Below are positions 9,727 to 19,862 of a stretch of DNA of 64,000 nt, piece by piece; the first letter of the stretch is position 1, and every line of letters begins with the position of its first letter. The stretch is from positions 576,001-640,000 of the forward strand of contig CAVPPB010000003.1 in the NCBI GenBank assembly GCA_963707215.1, written 5' to 3'. Both the position numbers and the translations under genes were made by a program. The stretch comes from an uncultured Chloroflexia bacterium. Lineage in GTDB: Bacteria; Chloroflexota; Limnocylindria; Limnocylindrales; CSP1-4. Under the pieces are notes generated by a model. That model was not told the DNA's origin. It ran no database searches and was given only the letters and a program-made list of their open reading frames with translations.

Positions 9727-10583
9727 GGGGTCGTGGCCGGGTCGGGATCGGCGGCCGGGGACCCCGTCGTCGGCGCCTCCAGCGTCGGCACCTCCAGCGG
9801 CGGGCTCAGGGTCGCCCTGGCGTGGCCGGCCCGGACCTCGTCGAGGAAGCCGAGCGAGCGGGCCTCGCGCTCCAGGACGTAGCGGGCGAAGGAGCGCATG
9901 GCCTCCTCGACCTCCCGCTCCACGGCCGCCGGGATGCGAACGCTCGCCAGCGCCTCCACGTCGAGTCGCTGGTAGGCCTTGAGCACCTTGAGCGCCTCCA
10001 GGGAGAGCCCGGCGACCGATGCCGGGGGACCGGGGCAGCGCTCGCAGAGCGCCCCGCCCAGCGGCGGGACCCAGCGGAAGGAGCCCTCGGCCTCCAGCAT
10101 CCGGTCGCACTCCACGCAGCGGTCGACCTCGGGTCGGAGCCCCAGCTCATCGAGGAGGCGCATCTCGTACCAGCGGGCGACCCGGGCGGGGGCCATCCCG
10201 CCGTCGAGCAGTTCATAGGCCCGGCGCAGGAGGAGATAGACGGGCTCGGAGGCGTGGCGTTCCTCGAGGGATCGATCGGCCAGCTCGGCCAGGTACCAGG
10301 CCGTCGCCGCTGACTCGAGCTCGTCGCGCAGCCGGAGGAAGGCCCGACGGATGGCGACGCCCGTCACGACGTCGAAGGTGCGGCCGCGGATCAGATCGAG
10401 GTGGAGCTCGGCGAACGGCTCCACCGACCCGCCCAGGCGCGACTTCGGCCGGCGGACGCCCTTGGCGATGACCTTGAGCTTGCCGAGCTGGGGAGTGATG
10501 ACCGTCAGGACGCGGTCCGCCTCGCCAAGGTCGAAGCGGAACAGGACGATGGCGTCGGTCGCGTGGATCCGGGGCGTCGGCAC
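9723..10583 (-). CDS. recO: DNA repair protein RecO
   Basis: DAIVL..DLGEADRVL...GKLKVIAKGVRRPKSR. Zn finger CVEC...CERC. Start placed at GTG 10583. Confidence 0.93.
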   Translation of the reverse strand: MPTPRIHATDAIVLFRFDLGEADRVLTVITPQLGKLKVIAKGVRRPKSRLGGSVEPFAELHLDLIRGRTFDVVTGVAIRRAFLRLRDELESAATAWYLAELADRSLEERHASEPVYLLLRRAYELLDGGMAPARVARWYEMRLLDELGLRPEVDRCVECDRMLEAEGSFRWVPPLGGALCERCPGPPASVAGLSLEALKVLKAYQRLDVEALASVRIPAAVEREVEEAMRSFARYVLEREARSLGFLDEVRAGHARATLSPPLEVPTLEAPTTGSPAADPDPATTP

Positions 10584-10708
10584 GCTGCGACGGTAGCACC
10601 CGTCGAGCCGGGCGGCACCCGCCCCGCGAGCCCGGCGGCGACGCTCCGAGCACAACCGGCTACCCCGGATGGACACGTATCCAGCGAGCGGCGCTACACT
10701 TCGGCGCG

Positions 10709-11734
10709 ATGGCCTCGACGATCCCCGCCCTCGACCCGGCCCAGCTCCTCGCGGACACCGAGGCGGAGATCCTCCGCCTGGTCAGCGACCGCGACCCCTC
10801 CACCGCCGGGGTCTACGAGATGTGCCGGTACCACTTGGGCCTCGACGGCGACGGGGGTCGAGCCGGCAAGCGGATGCGACCGCTCCTGGGCCTGCTGGCC
10901 TACGCCTCGATCGCCGGTGATCATCGGCCGGCCCTGCCCGGCGCCGCGGCGGTCGAGCTGGGGCACAACTTCAGTCTCGTCCACGATGACATCGAGGACG
11001 GCGACGTCGAGCGCCGCCACCGGCCGTCGCTCTGGACGGTCCACGGCATCCCCCAGGCCATCAACACCGGCGACACGCTGTTCACCCTGTCGCGGATCGC
11101 CCTCCATCGCCTCTCGGACCTGGGCTTCAGCGATGCCAAGGTCCTCCGCCTGATGCGCCTCTACGACGAGACCTGCCTGCGCCTGTGCGAGGGCCAGTAC
11201 ATCGACATCTGGACCTCCGAGCACGACGAGACGATGTCGGTCGAGCTGTACTTCGACATGATCGGCCGCAAGACCGCCTCCCTCATCTCGGCCTCGATCG
11301 AGGCCGGCGCGCTCCTCGCGACCGACGACGAGACGGTCATCGCCCGCTACCGGGATTTCGGCTGGGCGCTCGGGCTCGCCTTCCAGCTCAACGACGACCT
11401 CCTGGGGATCTGGGGGGCCGAGCAGACGACCGGCAAGGAGCCCACGGACCTCGCCCGCCACAAGAAGACGCTGCCGGTCCTGTACGCCTTCGAGCACGCT
11501 GATGAGGCCGACCGGGCCCGACTCGAGGCGCTCTACCACGATCCGGATCCCAACCCCGAGGAGGTCGCCGAGGGGATGGCGATCCTGGAGCGGACCGGCG
11601 CCCGTGAGTACACCCGAGACGCGGCTCGCCGCTACCGGGACGAGGCGATCGCCGCGCTCGACGCCGCCGGGGTCGTCCAGCCGGCCGCCCGCGCCCGGAT
11701 CGAGGAGATCATCGTCTCCGTCATCAGCGCCTGA
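10709..11734 (+). CDS. Polyprenyl diphosphate synthase (short-chain GGPP/IdsA-like)
   Basis: GKRMRP, FARM FSLVHDDIED..RR (Phe at -5), GQ..D, KTA, second motif FQLNDDLLG, KKTLP. Confidence 0.92.
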   Translation: MASTIPALDPAQLLADTEAEILRLVSDRDPSTAGVYEMCRYHLGLDGDGGRAGKRMRPLLGLLAYASIAGDHRPALPGAAAVELGHNFSLVHDDIEDGDVERRHRPSLWTVHGIPQAINTGDTLFTLSRIALHRLSDLGFSDAKVLRLMRLYDETCLRLCEGQYIDIWTSEHDETMSVELYFDMIGRKTASLISASIEAGALLATDDETVIARYRDFGWALGLAFQLNDDLLGIWGAEQTTGKEPTDLARHKKTLPVLYAFEHADEADRARLEALYHDPDPNPEEVAEGMAILERTGAREYTRDAARRYRDEAIAALDAAGVVQPAARARIEEIIVSVISA

Positions 11735-11740
11735 CGGCGA

Positions 11741-13073
11741 TCAGCGGCCGTTCGCCTCGACGTCCTCGTCGGCCGACGGGGACCGCACCGCCCGGACCTT
11801 GCCGACCCGCCGGCCATCGGTCGTCTCGACGGTCAGGGTGAGCCCGTCGACCGCGACCGTGTCGCCGGGGCTGGGCACGTCGCCGAGACGGTGGAAGATG
11901 AGGCCGCCGATGGTGTCGTACTCGTCCTCGTCCTCGAGGTCGAGCTCGATGTCGAACGCCTCCGCCAGGTCGTCGATGTCGGCCCGGCCGTCGATGCGGA
12001 CCTCGTCGTCGGACAGCCGGACGACGATGGGCTCCTCGACGTCGTACTCGTCCTGGATCTCGCCGACGATCTCCTCGAGGAGGTCCTCGATCGTCACCAG
12101 GCCGGCCGTCCCGCCGTACTCGTCCAGGACGATGGCGATGTGGACCTTGCGCCGCTGGAACTCGTGGAGGAGGTCGTCGATCGACATCGACTCGGGGACG
12201 AACACGGGCGTCCGGAGCAGCGTCCGGAGCGCCGGCCGGGCCTGGTCGTTCGCCAGCACGGGCAGGAGGTCCTTGGCATAGAGGAGGCCGACGATGGCAT
12301 CGACGGTGTCCTCGTAGACCGGGATCCGCGAGTGACCACCCTCGACGATCGTGGTCGATGGCCTGGTCGAGGGTCGCGTCGGCGGGCAGGGCGACCATCG
12401 CGGTCCGGGGGACCATGACCTCGTGGAGACGACGCTCGCCGAGCTCGATGACCGCGTGGATCATCTGCTCCTCCTCCGCCTCCAGGATGCCCTGTTCCCC
12501 TCCGCGCTCGACGATCAGCTTGAGCTCCTCGGCGCTGATGCGGGCCGCGTTCGAGACGTCCGCCCCCAGGGCGGTCGAGATGCGGCGAGTGATCCACGTC
12601 AGCGCCGACACCAGCGGGCCCAGGAGCCGGCCCATGACGTCGACTGGGCCGGCCAGCACGAGCGAGAAGCGGTCGGGATGAGCAAGCGCGAGGGACTTCG
12701 GGACGAGCTCGCCGAAGACGATCGTGAACAGGGCGACGAGGGCCGTGACGACGATCAAGGAGATCGGGCCAGCCAGATCGTCGGTCAGGCCGAACGAGAC
12801 CAGCGCGTCCTGGAGGACGACGACCAGGCTGATGGCGGCGAAGGCGGAGGCAAGGAAGCCGATGAAGGTGATCCCCAGCTGGATGACCGCCAGGAAGCGG
12901 CCGGGGTCGTCGACCAGGCGGCGGACCCGCAGGGCACCCCTGCTGCCTTCGTCGATGAGCTGCTCGATGCGGCTGCGGCGGATCGTCACCAGGGCGATCT
13001 CGGCCGCCACGAAGACGCCGTTGAGGAGGACGAGCAGGCCGATGATCGCCAACTCGAACCAGATCGAGCTCAT
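11741..13073 (-). CDS. HlyC/CorC (CNNM + CBS + CorC_HlyC) transporter family protein; one frameshift near 12354
   Basis: NGVFVAAEIAL, FGELVPK, VMVPR, (G)HSRIPV, DEYGGTAGLVTIEDLLEEIVGEIQDEYD. Removing one C restores AIDTIVEGGHSRIP. Confidence 0.9.
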
Positions 13074-14521
13074 CCGCCGGTCGACCCCCCTCCGCCGGGA
13101 GGCTCCGCGGATGGGGCGGCATCACCCGGGTCGGGCGCAGGCTCGACGGGGCGTGGGGGCCGCGGCTCGCGGATCCGGGCGGGGATGCCGACGGCCAGCT
13201 TGCCGGGCGGGACGTCGCGGGTGACCACAGCGCTTGCCCCCGTCCTGGAACCGTCGCCGAGGGTGACCGGCGCCCGGAGCATCGTGTCGACGCCGAGGAA
13301 GACCCGCTCCCCGATCGTGGTCCGGTGCTTGCTCACACCGTCGTAATTGGCCGTGATCGTGCCGGCGCCCACGTTCGTGCCGGCGCCGACCTCGGCATCG
13401 CCAAGGTAGCTCATGTGGTGCTGCTTCACGCCCCGCCCGAGACGGCTCTTCTTGAGCTCGGCGTAGTTGCCGATCTCGGCGTCGTCGCCGACCACCACTC
13501 CGGGTCGCAGGTGGGCGAACGGCCCGACCGTGACCCGGTCACCGACCTCCGACGACTCGAGGACGCTCGCCCAGACGACGCAGTCGCGGCCCACGACCGT
13601 GTCGACGACCTGGGAGCCGGTCCGGATGATGGTCCCCTCCCCCACCCTCGTCGTGCCACGGAGGACGACCCCGGGCTCGAGGGTGACATCCGCGGCCAGG
13701 TCGACCGTGGCATCGACGTAGACCGTGGACGGGTCGACCATCGTCACGCCGCGGCGCATCAACTCGAGGTTCAGCTCGGTCCGCATGTCCCACTCGGCCT
13801 GGGCCAGCTGGGCACGGTCGTTGATGCCGGTGAGTCGCCCGTCGTCCTCGACATCGACCGCGGTCACCAGCCGGCCGTCGGCGCGGGCCAGGCCGACGAG
13901 CTCGGTGAGGTACAGCTCGCCCGTCGCCGCCGAGGGCGTGAGGTCGTCGATGTGCTCCCGCAGCCAGCCGGCGTCGAAGGCATACACGCCGCCGTTGACC
14001 TCACCGATCTCCCGCTCATCGTCGGTGGCGTCCTTCTCCTCCACGATCCGGTCGACCGAGCCGGCGGTCGTTCGGACCACCCGTCCGAGCCCGGTCGGAT
14101 CGAAGGTCTCGACCGCCACCAGGGTCAGGACGGCCTCGTCGAGTCGGCGGGCTTCGAGGACGGCCGCCAGCAGCTCGGCCTGGACCCTCGGGATGTCACC
14201 CGAGACGACCAGGACCTCGTCGACCTGGGCCGGAACGGCCTCCAGGCCGGCGCGCAGCGCGTCTCCCGTCCCGAGGGGCTCGGCCTGGAGGGCGAACCCG
14301 GCCACGTCAGCGAAGCGCTCGGTCACCGCCTCGGTCGCCGGTGAGTAGACCACGATGGGCAGCTCCTCCGTCACGGCGGCCGCCGCGTCGATGACGTAGG
14401 CCAGCATCGGCCGGCCCAGGAGCGGGTGGAGGATCTTCGGCAGCCGTGAGCGCATCCGGGTCCCCAGCCCTCCGGCCATGACGACGGCCACGGTGCGACG
14501 CTCGCCGCTCGGCAGGGTCAC
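13070..14521 (-). CDS. glmU: Bifunctional UDP-GlcNAc pyrophosphorylase / GlcN-1-P acetyltransferase
   Basis: AGGLGTRMRS.LPK, LGTGDA, hexapeptide repeats, GPFAHLRP, HMSYLGDA, ANYDG. Confidence 0.95.
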   Translation of the reverse strand: MTLPSGERRTVAVVMAGGLGTRMRSRLPKILHPLLGRPMLAYVIDAAAAVTEELPIVVYSPATEAVTERFADVAGFALQAEPLGTGDALRAGLEAVPAQVDEVLVVSGDIPRVQAELLAAVLEARRLDEAVLTLVAVETFDPTGLGRVVRTTAGSVDRIVEEKDATDDEREIGEVNGGVYAFDAGWLREHIDDLTPSAATGELYLTELVGLARADGRLVTAVDVEDDGRLTGINDRAQLAQAEWDMRTELNLELMRRGVTMVDPSTVYVDATVDLAADVTLEPGVVLRGTTRVGEGTIIRTGSQVVDTVVGRDCVVWASVLESSEVGDRVTVGPFAHLRPGVVVGDDAEIGNYAELKKSRLGRGVKQHHMSYLGDAEVGAGTNVGAGTITANYDGVSKHRTTIGERVFLGVDTMLRAPVTLGDGSRTGASAVVTRDVPPGKLAVGIPARIREPRPPRPVEPAPDPGDAAPSAEPPGGGGSTGG

Positions 14522-14618
14522 GGGGAAGGTCGCCGGATCGAGGCGCCGCGTCGGGTAGCCTGGTCGCCAGGGGCGCCGTCCGGCGATGGAGGTTCTGAGG
14601 TCATCGAAGGTGGGCGGT

Positions 14619-14648
14619 AGCGTAGGGGCGTCGACCGGAGGGTGTCAA
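14619..14648 (-). promoter_or_regulatory. sigma70-like promoter upstream of glmU (TTGACA-18-TACGCT)
   Basis: Minus-strand TTGACA at 14648-14643 and TACGCT at 14624-14619. Confidence 0.6.
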
Positions 14649-14674
14649 CCGAGCCCGGCCGATCGTCGCCGGCC

Positions 14675-15067
14675 TCACGCCGGCTCCGGGCGCACGGCGA
14701 TCGCCTCGATCTCGACCCGGGCGCCCTTGGGCAGGGCGGCGACGGCCACCGTGGAGCGGGCCGGCGGCGGGTCGGGCATGAACCGGCCGTAGACCTCGTT
14801 GAAGACCGCGAACTCGGCCATGTCCACCAGGAAGCAGGTCGTCTTGACGACGTCGGCGAACCCGAGGCCGGCAGCATCGAGTACCGCGCCGAGGTTCCGG
14901 AGGGCCCGCTCGGCCTGCTCGGCGACGCCGCCATCCACCAGCTCGCCGGTCGCCGGCTCGAGCCCGACCTGGCCCGAGCACATCAGCAGCCGACCGGCGC
15001 CTATGGCCTGGCTGTACGGCCCGATGGCGCCGGGCGCCCCGGCCGTCGAGATCGAGTGGCGGTCCAT
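14675..15067 (-). CDS. ridA: RidA/YjgF reactive intermediate deaminase
   Basis: APGAIGPYSQA, SGQ, VVKTT, FNEVY, PPARS.V.VAALPKGARVEIEAIA. Confidence 0.92.
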   Translation of the reverse strand: MDRHSISTAGAPGAIGPYSQAIGAGRLLMCSGQVGLEPATGELVDGGVAEQAERALRNLGAVLDAAGLGFADVVKTTCFLVDMAEFAVFNEVYGRFMPDPPPARSTVAVAALPKGARVEIEAIAVRPEPA

Positions 15068-15076
15068 GCGTCCCTC

Positions 15077-16054
15077 CTAGCCGATGATCGTGGTCGCCAG
15101 GATCGAGGCCGGGCTGTCGCCCGGGCTGACGATCCGACCCCCCCGCAGCGCGTCGTCGACCTGGCCTGCGGCCTCCTCGGCCGTGCCGAGAGAAGGATAG
15201 AGCGCCCAGAGGGTCGGGCCGGAGCCGGATTGGCCGATCGGGCGGCGGAGCAGGCGGGCCAGGGCGCGTCGGAAGCCCACCAGGTCGGGCACGACGGCGG
15301 CCGTCGCCGGCAGGAGATCGTTGGCGACCGCCAGGATCCCGGCGCGATCGAGGAGCGCCGAGGCGGTCAGGCCCCGCTCGAGCTCGGCGGCCAGGTGTTC
15401 GGACGAGGCCCGAGCGCTCCCCGCGACGGCCGGTCTGGCCCCGGCCGCGAAGGCAGCGAAGACAGCCGGTGTCGGCACGGACACGGCGGGCGTCACGAGG
15501 AGCAGCCCGACCGGCCCGCCGATCGGGCCGGGGAGCGTCCGGACGATCTCACCGCGGCCCTCGACGAGCGCCGGCCCCCCGGCCAGGAAGAACGGGACGT
15601 CCGACCCGAGCCCGGCGGCGACCCGGTGCCGGGCTCCGCGGTCCAGTTCGGCGCCCCAGGCCTCGAGGACCGCATCGATCGTCGCGGCCGCGTCGGAGCT
15701 GCCGCCGGCAAGCCCCGCGGCAACGGGGATCCGTTTCTCCAGGCGCGCGGCGAGGTGTGCCGGCATCCGCCCGGTCGGTCCGCCGATGCGACCGACCGCG
15801 ACCCGGGTCGCCACGATGGCTCGCAGGACCAGGTTCTCGGCGGCCGGGCCGCAGTCGGCGCCGGTCACGTGAAGGGTGTCGGCCTCGCCGACGGCGGGCG
15901 CCACGCTCAGCCGATCGGCGAGGCCGAGGGGCACCATCACCGAGTGCAGGGCGTGGTAGCCGTCCGGACGGCGTCCGACGACGGCGAGGGTCAGGTTCAG
16001 CTTGGCAGGAGCCAGGCGGACGATCGGATCCAGCCGGCCCGCAGGGTCGGTCAC
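15077..16054 (-). CDS. ispE: 4-(cytidine 5'-diphospho)-2-C-methyl-D-erythritol kinase
   Basis: APAKLNLTL, RPDGYH, KRIPVAAGLAGGSSDAA, LGSDVPF, SGSGPT. Confidence 0.93.
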   Translation of the reverse strand: MTDPAGRLDPIVRLAPAKLNLTLAVVGRRPDGYHALHSVMVPLGLADRLSVAPAVGEADTLHVTGADCGPAAENLVLRAIVATRVAVGRIGGPTGRMPAHLAARLEKRIPVAAGLAGGSSDAAATIDAVLEAWGAELDRGARHRVAAGLGSDVPFFLAGGPALVEGRGEIVRTLPGPIGGPVGLLLVTPAVSVPTPAVFAAFAAGARPAVAGSARASSEHLAAELERGLTASALLDRAGILAVANDLLPATAAVVPDLVGFRRALARLLRRPIGQSGSGPTLWALYPSLGTAEEAAGQVDDALRGGRIVSPGDSPASILATTIIG

Positions 16055-16968
16055 GAGCGTCCTCGACGCTGGTCGGCCGGCTCATACAGGGCGTCGAGCA
16101 ACCGGATCCACTCGCCGACCGAGAGCGTCTGCGGGCGTCGCTCGCCGTCGATGTCGGACTCGGCCAGCGCTGCCGGAACGCGCGCGGCGAGCGCCGGCAG
16201 CTGGCGGCGAAGGACGTTATGGAGCATCTTGCGGCGCTCCCGGAAGCCGGCCATCACGAGCCGCCAGAGCTCTCCCTCCCGCACCATCCCCAGGCGGGGC
16301 GGCGCGTCGGGATCGCCCTGGCCATACGGCTCCAGGACGACGATCGCCGAGTCCACGGACGGCGCCGGCTCGAACGCGATCGGCGGCACGATCATCCCCA
16401 TCCGGACCCGGGCGTGGTACTGGCAGAAGACGGCCAGGTAGCTCATCGCGCCCGGCCCGGCGGCGATCCGCTCGGCGACCTCGCGCTGGACCATGAGGAC
16501 GATCCGGCGGGGCCGCGGCGGTGCCTCGAGGAGGCGGTGGAGGATCGGGCTCGTCACGTGGTACGGGATGTTGGCGACCACGTCGCTGGCGGACCCGGCG
16601 AGCGAGCGAAGGTCCTGGTCGAGCGCGTCGCCCTGGATGAGCCGCAGGCCACCGGCGGCCTCGGGATCGCGGCCCGTCTCGAGCGCGTCGGCCAACCGTT
16701 CGCGCAGGAACGCGACCATCCCCGGGTCGAGCTCGATGGCGATGACGGCGGCTCCCTCCCCGAGCAGCGCCTCGGTCAGGACCCCGAGCCCGGGGCCGAT
16801 CTCGACGATCCTCCCACCCGGTCGCGGCCGGGCCTCGGCAAGGATGGCCTCGAGGACGTCGACATCGACAAGGAAGTTCTGGGACATCGAGCGCCGTGCC
16901 CGCAGGCCGGCGGCCTTGAGCGTCCGGCGGACCGCAGCCGGGTCGAGCCGGCCACCAGCCTGGGTCAT
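16051..16968 (-). CDS. rsmA: 16S rRNA m6(2)A1518/1519 dimethyltransferase KsgA/RsmA
   Basis: SQNFL, EIGPGLGVLT, ANIPYHVTS, MVQREVAER, FEPAPSVDS, RRKML.N. Confidence 0.93.
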   Translation of the reverse strand: MTQAGGRLDPAAVRRTLKAAGLRARRSMSQNFLVDVDVLEAILAEARPRPGGRIVEIGPGLGVLTEALLGEGAAVIAIELDPGMVAFLRERLADALETGRDPEAAGGLRLIQGDALDQDLRSLAGSASDVVANIPYHVTSPILHRLLEAPPRPRRIVLMVQREVAERIAAGPGAMSYLAVFCQYHARVRMGMIVPPIAFEPAPSVDSAIVVLEPYGQGDPDAPPRLGMVREGELWRLVMAGFRERRKMLHNVLRRQLPALAARVPAALAESDIDGERRPQTLSVGEWIRLLDALYEPADQRRGRS

Positions 16969-18023
16969 GAGGCGAGCGGCATGGAGGCCCGGGCCGACAG
17001 GTCGAGGCCCGCCCTAGCCCCGGCGAGGAAGCGGACCGTCCCGGCCGCCCCGATCATCGCCCCGTTGTCCGTGCACAGGGCCGGTCTCGGGATGACGACC
17101 CGCACGCCGGCTGGGGCGCCTTCGACGATCCGCTGACGGAGCGCCGCGTTCGCAGCGACGCCCCCACCCAGGACGATCGACCTGGCGCCGATCGCCCCGG
17201 CAGCCCGCAGGGTCTTGGTCGCCAGCACGTCCACGATCGCGTCCTGGGCCGCCCAGGCGAGCTCGGCGACCTCCTCGTCGGGCAGCCGGGCCGCCGGGTC
17301 GGTCGGGTCCAGGCCCCGCGCCTCGAGGGCCGTGGCGACCGTCCGTCGGGCGGCCGTCTTGAGGCCACTGAAGCTGAAGTCGAGGGACTCGCCGAGCCAG
17401 GCACGCGGCAGCCGCGCCCTCCGGCTGGTCGCCCGCAGGGCCGCGACCTGGATCGCCGGACCACCCGGGTACGGCAGGCCCAGCAGCCGTCCGATCTTGT
17501 CGAAGGCCTCGCCCGCCGCATCATCCTGGGTGCCCCCGAGCCGTCGATACTCGAGCTCGTCGCGCATCTCGACGATGAAGGTATGCCCGCCCGAAACGAC
17601 GAGGACGACCGCGGGGAGTTCGGGTGGGGGCTCGTCGGCATCGCCCTCGAGGAGCCAGGCGGCACGCACGTGGCCCTCGAGATGGTTCACGGCCACGAGC
17701 GGTCGGTCATGGGCCCAGGCAAGCCCCTTGGCGAGGCTGACGCCGACCAGCAGGGAGCCGATGAGGCCGGGCCCGCTGGTGACGGCCACGGCATCGACGT
17801 CGGCGACCCGGACGCCGGCGTCGACGAGGGCTGCGTCGAGGACCGGCACGATCCAGCGCAGGTGGGCCCGAGCGGCCACCTCCGGCACGATGCCCCCGGT
17901 CGGTGCGTGGAGAGAGACCTGGCTGGCGACGACGTTCGCCAGGACCCGCCGGCCCCCCTCGACGACGGCGACCGCCGTCTCGTCGCAGCTCGTCTCGATC
18001 GCCAGGACCACGGGACCGCTCAC
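16965..18023 (-). CDS. tsaD: tRNA N6-threonylcarbamoyltransferase TsaD
   Basis: LAIETSCDET, GGIVPEVAARAH, NHLEGH, VSGGHT, DDAAGEAFDK, CTDNGAMI. Confidence 0.95.
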   Translation of the reverse strand: MSGPVVLAIETSCDETAVAVVEGGRRVLANVVASQVSLHAPTGGIVPEVAARAHLRWIVPVLDAALVDAGVRVADVDAVAVTSGPGLIGSLLVGVSLAKGLAWAHDRPLVAVNHLEGHVRAAWLLEGDADEPPPELPAVVLVVSGGHTFIVEMRDELEYRRLGGTQDDAAGEAFDKIGRLLGLPYPGGPAIQVAALRATSRRARLPRAWLGESLDFSFSGLKTAARRTVATALEARGLDPTDPAARLPDEEVAELAWAAQDAIVDVLATKTLRAAGAIGARSIVLGGGVAANAALRQRIVEGAPAGVRVVIPRPALCTDNGAMIGAAGTVRFLAGARAGLDLSARASMPLAS

Positions 18024-18649
18024 GGTGCGTCCCCGGGCCCAGCGGATCCCATCGACGGCGGCGCGGGTGACGCCGGCTCGAGCGTGGATGGAGTCGCCTC
18101 GGGCGGATCGGTCCGGCGCTCGGGAGGCGGCGCGGCGTCGAGCGCGGCCCGCAGCCGGTCCAGGCGGGACCGCATCGAAGGGCCGTCGAGCGCCTCGGTC
18201 GTCATGACGAGGGCGTCCTCGTTGTCGTCGGAGTAGTAGCGGGGCCGCAGGCCGACCGGCCGGAACCCGTACTTCTCGTACAGTCGCCGGGCGGGCAGGT
18301 TCGAGAGCCGCACCTCGAGGGTCGCCTCCCGGGCGCCGCGCGCGGCGGCGACGTCGAGGATGGCGACCAGAAGCCGCTCGCCGATCCGCCGGCGCCGCCA
18401 GGCCGGGTCGACCGCGAAGGTCGTGATGTGGGCCTCGTCGACCATCAGCCAGACGCCGCCGAAGCCGACGACGCGGCCATCGAACCGGGCCACCAGGTAC
18501 GTGGCCAGGCGGTTCGTCTCGAGCTCCGCGCGATAGGCCTGCGGTGGCCAGGGCGTCGTGAACGAAGCCCTCTCGATCGCCTGGACGGCCGGGATGTCGT
18601 CGAGGCGCATGGCCTCGATCCGAAGCGACCGCGGCGGGGACGCCACCAT
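18020..18649 (-). CDS. rimI: Ribosomal protein S18-alanine N-acetyltransferase
   Basis: IERASFTTPW, EAHITTFAV, LEVRLSN..ARRLYEKYGF...RPRYY..EDALVM. Located between tsaB and tsaD. Confidence 0.92.
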   Translation of the reverse strand: MVASPPRSLRIEAMRLDDIPAVQAIERASFTTPWPPQAYRAELETNRLATYLVARFDGRVVGFGGVWLMVDEAHITTFAVDPAWRRRRIGERLLVAILDVAAARGAREATLEVRLSNLPARRLYEKYGFRPVGLRPRYYSDDNEDALVMTTEALDGPSMRSRLDRLRAALDAAPPPERRTDPPEATPSTLEPASPAPPSMGSAGPGDAP

Positions 18650-19353
18650 CAGGAGCGCGCCAGGATCACGCCGCCGGCCTCCCGGTCGACACCGCGGGGA
18701 AGGCTGACGTACTCAGGCACGAGGGCGGCCAGGTCGTCGCCACCGACGTCGCCCAGGCGACGGCGGCCGAGGCGAAGCAACGCGGCCGGAAGCCCCGCGA
18801 CGGCCCGGCGCCCCAGCTCGGCCTCGGCGGCCGAGGCACGGTCACCGAGGTCGATCGCCAGGATCGTCGTTCCGGCTGGAAGCTCCGGGCGCTCGGCTCC
18901 CGGCAGCCTGGCGGCCGGGTCGGACCGGCCGTCCATCGCGGACGCTACGAGGACCGCATCGGACGGTCCGGCGGGCAGGAGCAGGGCCAGCGGCCCGGCC
19001 GCTCCGGCAGTGCGGACCGCTTCGAGGAGCGCGGCCGACGTCGCGATGCCGGCCAGGGGCAGCTCGAGTCCGTGGGCCAGGGCCTTGGCGGTGGCGATGC
19101 CGACGCGCAGGCCGGTGAAGGCACCGGGGCCGGTCCCGACGACGATGCCGGCGAGGTCCGCCCGACCCACACCGGCCTGCTGGAGGGTCCCGTCGATCCG
19201 GAGCAGCAGCTCCTCGCCGTGACGGTGTCGCGCGGACCAGGTCGCGACGGCACGTGGCTCGGCGTGCCCATCCCCCAGCGCGACGAGGGCCGTGTCGATG
19301 GCCGTGTCGATGGCCAGGAGCAGACGTCCGCGTCCCGGTCGAGGGTGACTCAC
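18649..19353 (-). CDS. tsaB: tRNA threonylcarbamoyladenosine biosynthesis protein TsaB
   Basis: LAIDTA, H.E.L, GTGPGAFTGLRVG, LVPEYV. Confidence 0.92.
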   Translation of the reverse strand: MSHPRPGRGRLLLAIDTAIDTALVALGDGHAEPRAVATWSARHRHGEELLLRIDGTLQQAGVGRADLAGIVVGTGPGAFTGLRVGIATAKALAHGLELPLAGIATSAALLEAVRTAGAAGPLALLLPAGPSDAVLVASAMDGRSDPAARLPGAERPELPAGTTILAIDLGDRASAAEAELGRRAVAGLPAALLRLGRRRLGDVGGDDLAALVPEYVSLPRGVDREAGGVILARS

Positions 19354-19820
19354 CGGAGCGCCTCGAGATAGCTCCGGTGACGCTCGTCGGTCGCCGACAG
19401 GCGGATGGAACGAGGCTCATCGCCGCTTCCGTCGATCCGCACGTCGAGGCGAGACGGGGGCGTGGCCGCCCCGAGCCGGTCGGCCCACTCGATGAGGGTC
19501 ACCCCATCGACCTCGCGCTCGTCGAGGAGCCCGCCCTCGAACGCCTCGGCAGCGTCGTGGAGACGATAGAGATCGAGGTGGAACAAGGGCAGGCGACCCT
19601 CGTACTCGGCCATCAGGATGAAGCTCGGCGACGTGATCGCGTCGCGGACGCCGAGGCCAGCCCCGAACCCCTTCGCGAAGACGGTCTTGCCCACGCCGAG
19701 GTCACCATGGAGGCAGATGAGATCGCCGGCCCGGGCGTGCGCGGCAAGTCGGGCAGCCAGGTCGCGCGTGGCACCCGGGCCGTCGCTCCGGACGGTCTGC
19801 TCATCGATCGCGGAGAGCAT
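19350..19820 (-). CDS. tsaE: tRNA threonylcarbamoyladenosine biosynthesis ATPase TsaE
   Basis: GDLGVGKT, SPSF, HLDLYRL, IEWA. Confidence 0.95.
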   Translation of the reverse strand: MLSAIDEQTVRSDGPGATRDLAARLAAHARAGDLICLHGDLGVGKTVFAKGFGAGLGVRDAITSPSFILMAEYEGRLPLFHLDLYRLHDAAEAFEGGLLDEREVDGVTLIEWADRLGAATPPSRLDVRIDGSGDEPRSIRLSATDERHRSYLEALR

Positions 19821-19862
19821 GGCCCGAGGGTAGCCGAAGGGGAACCGAGCCGCCCGCGCGGA

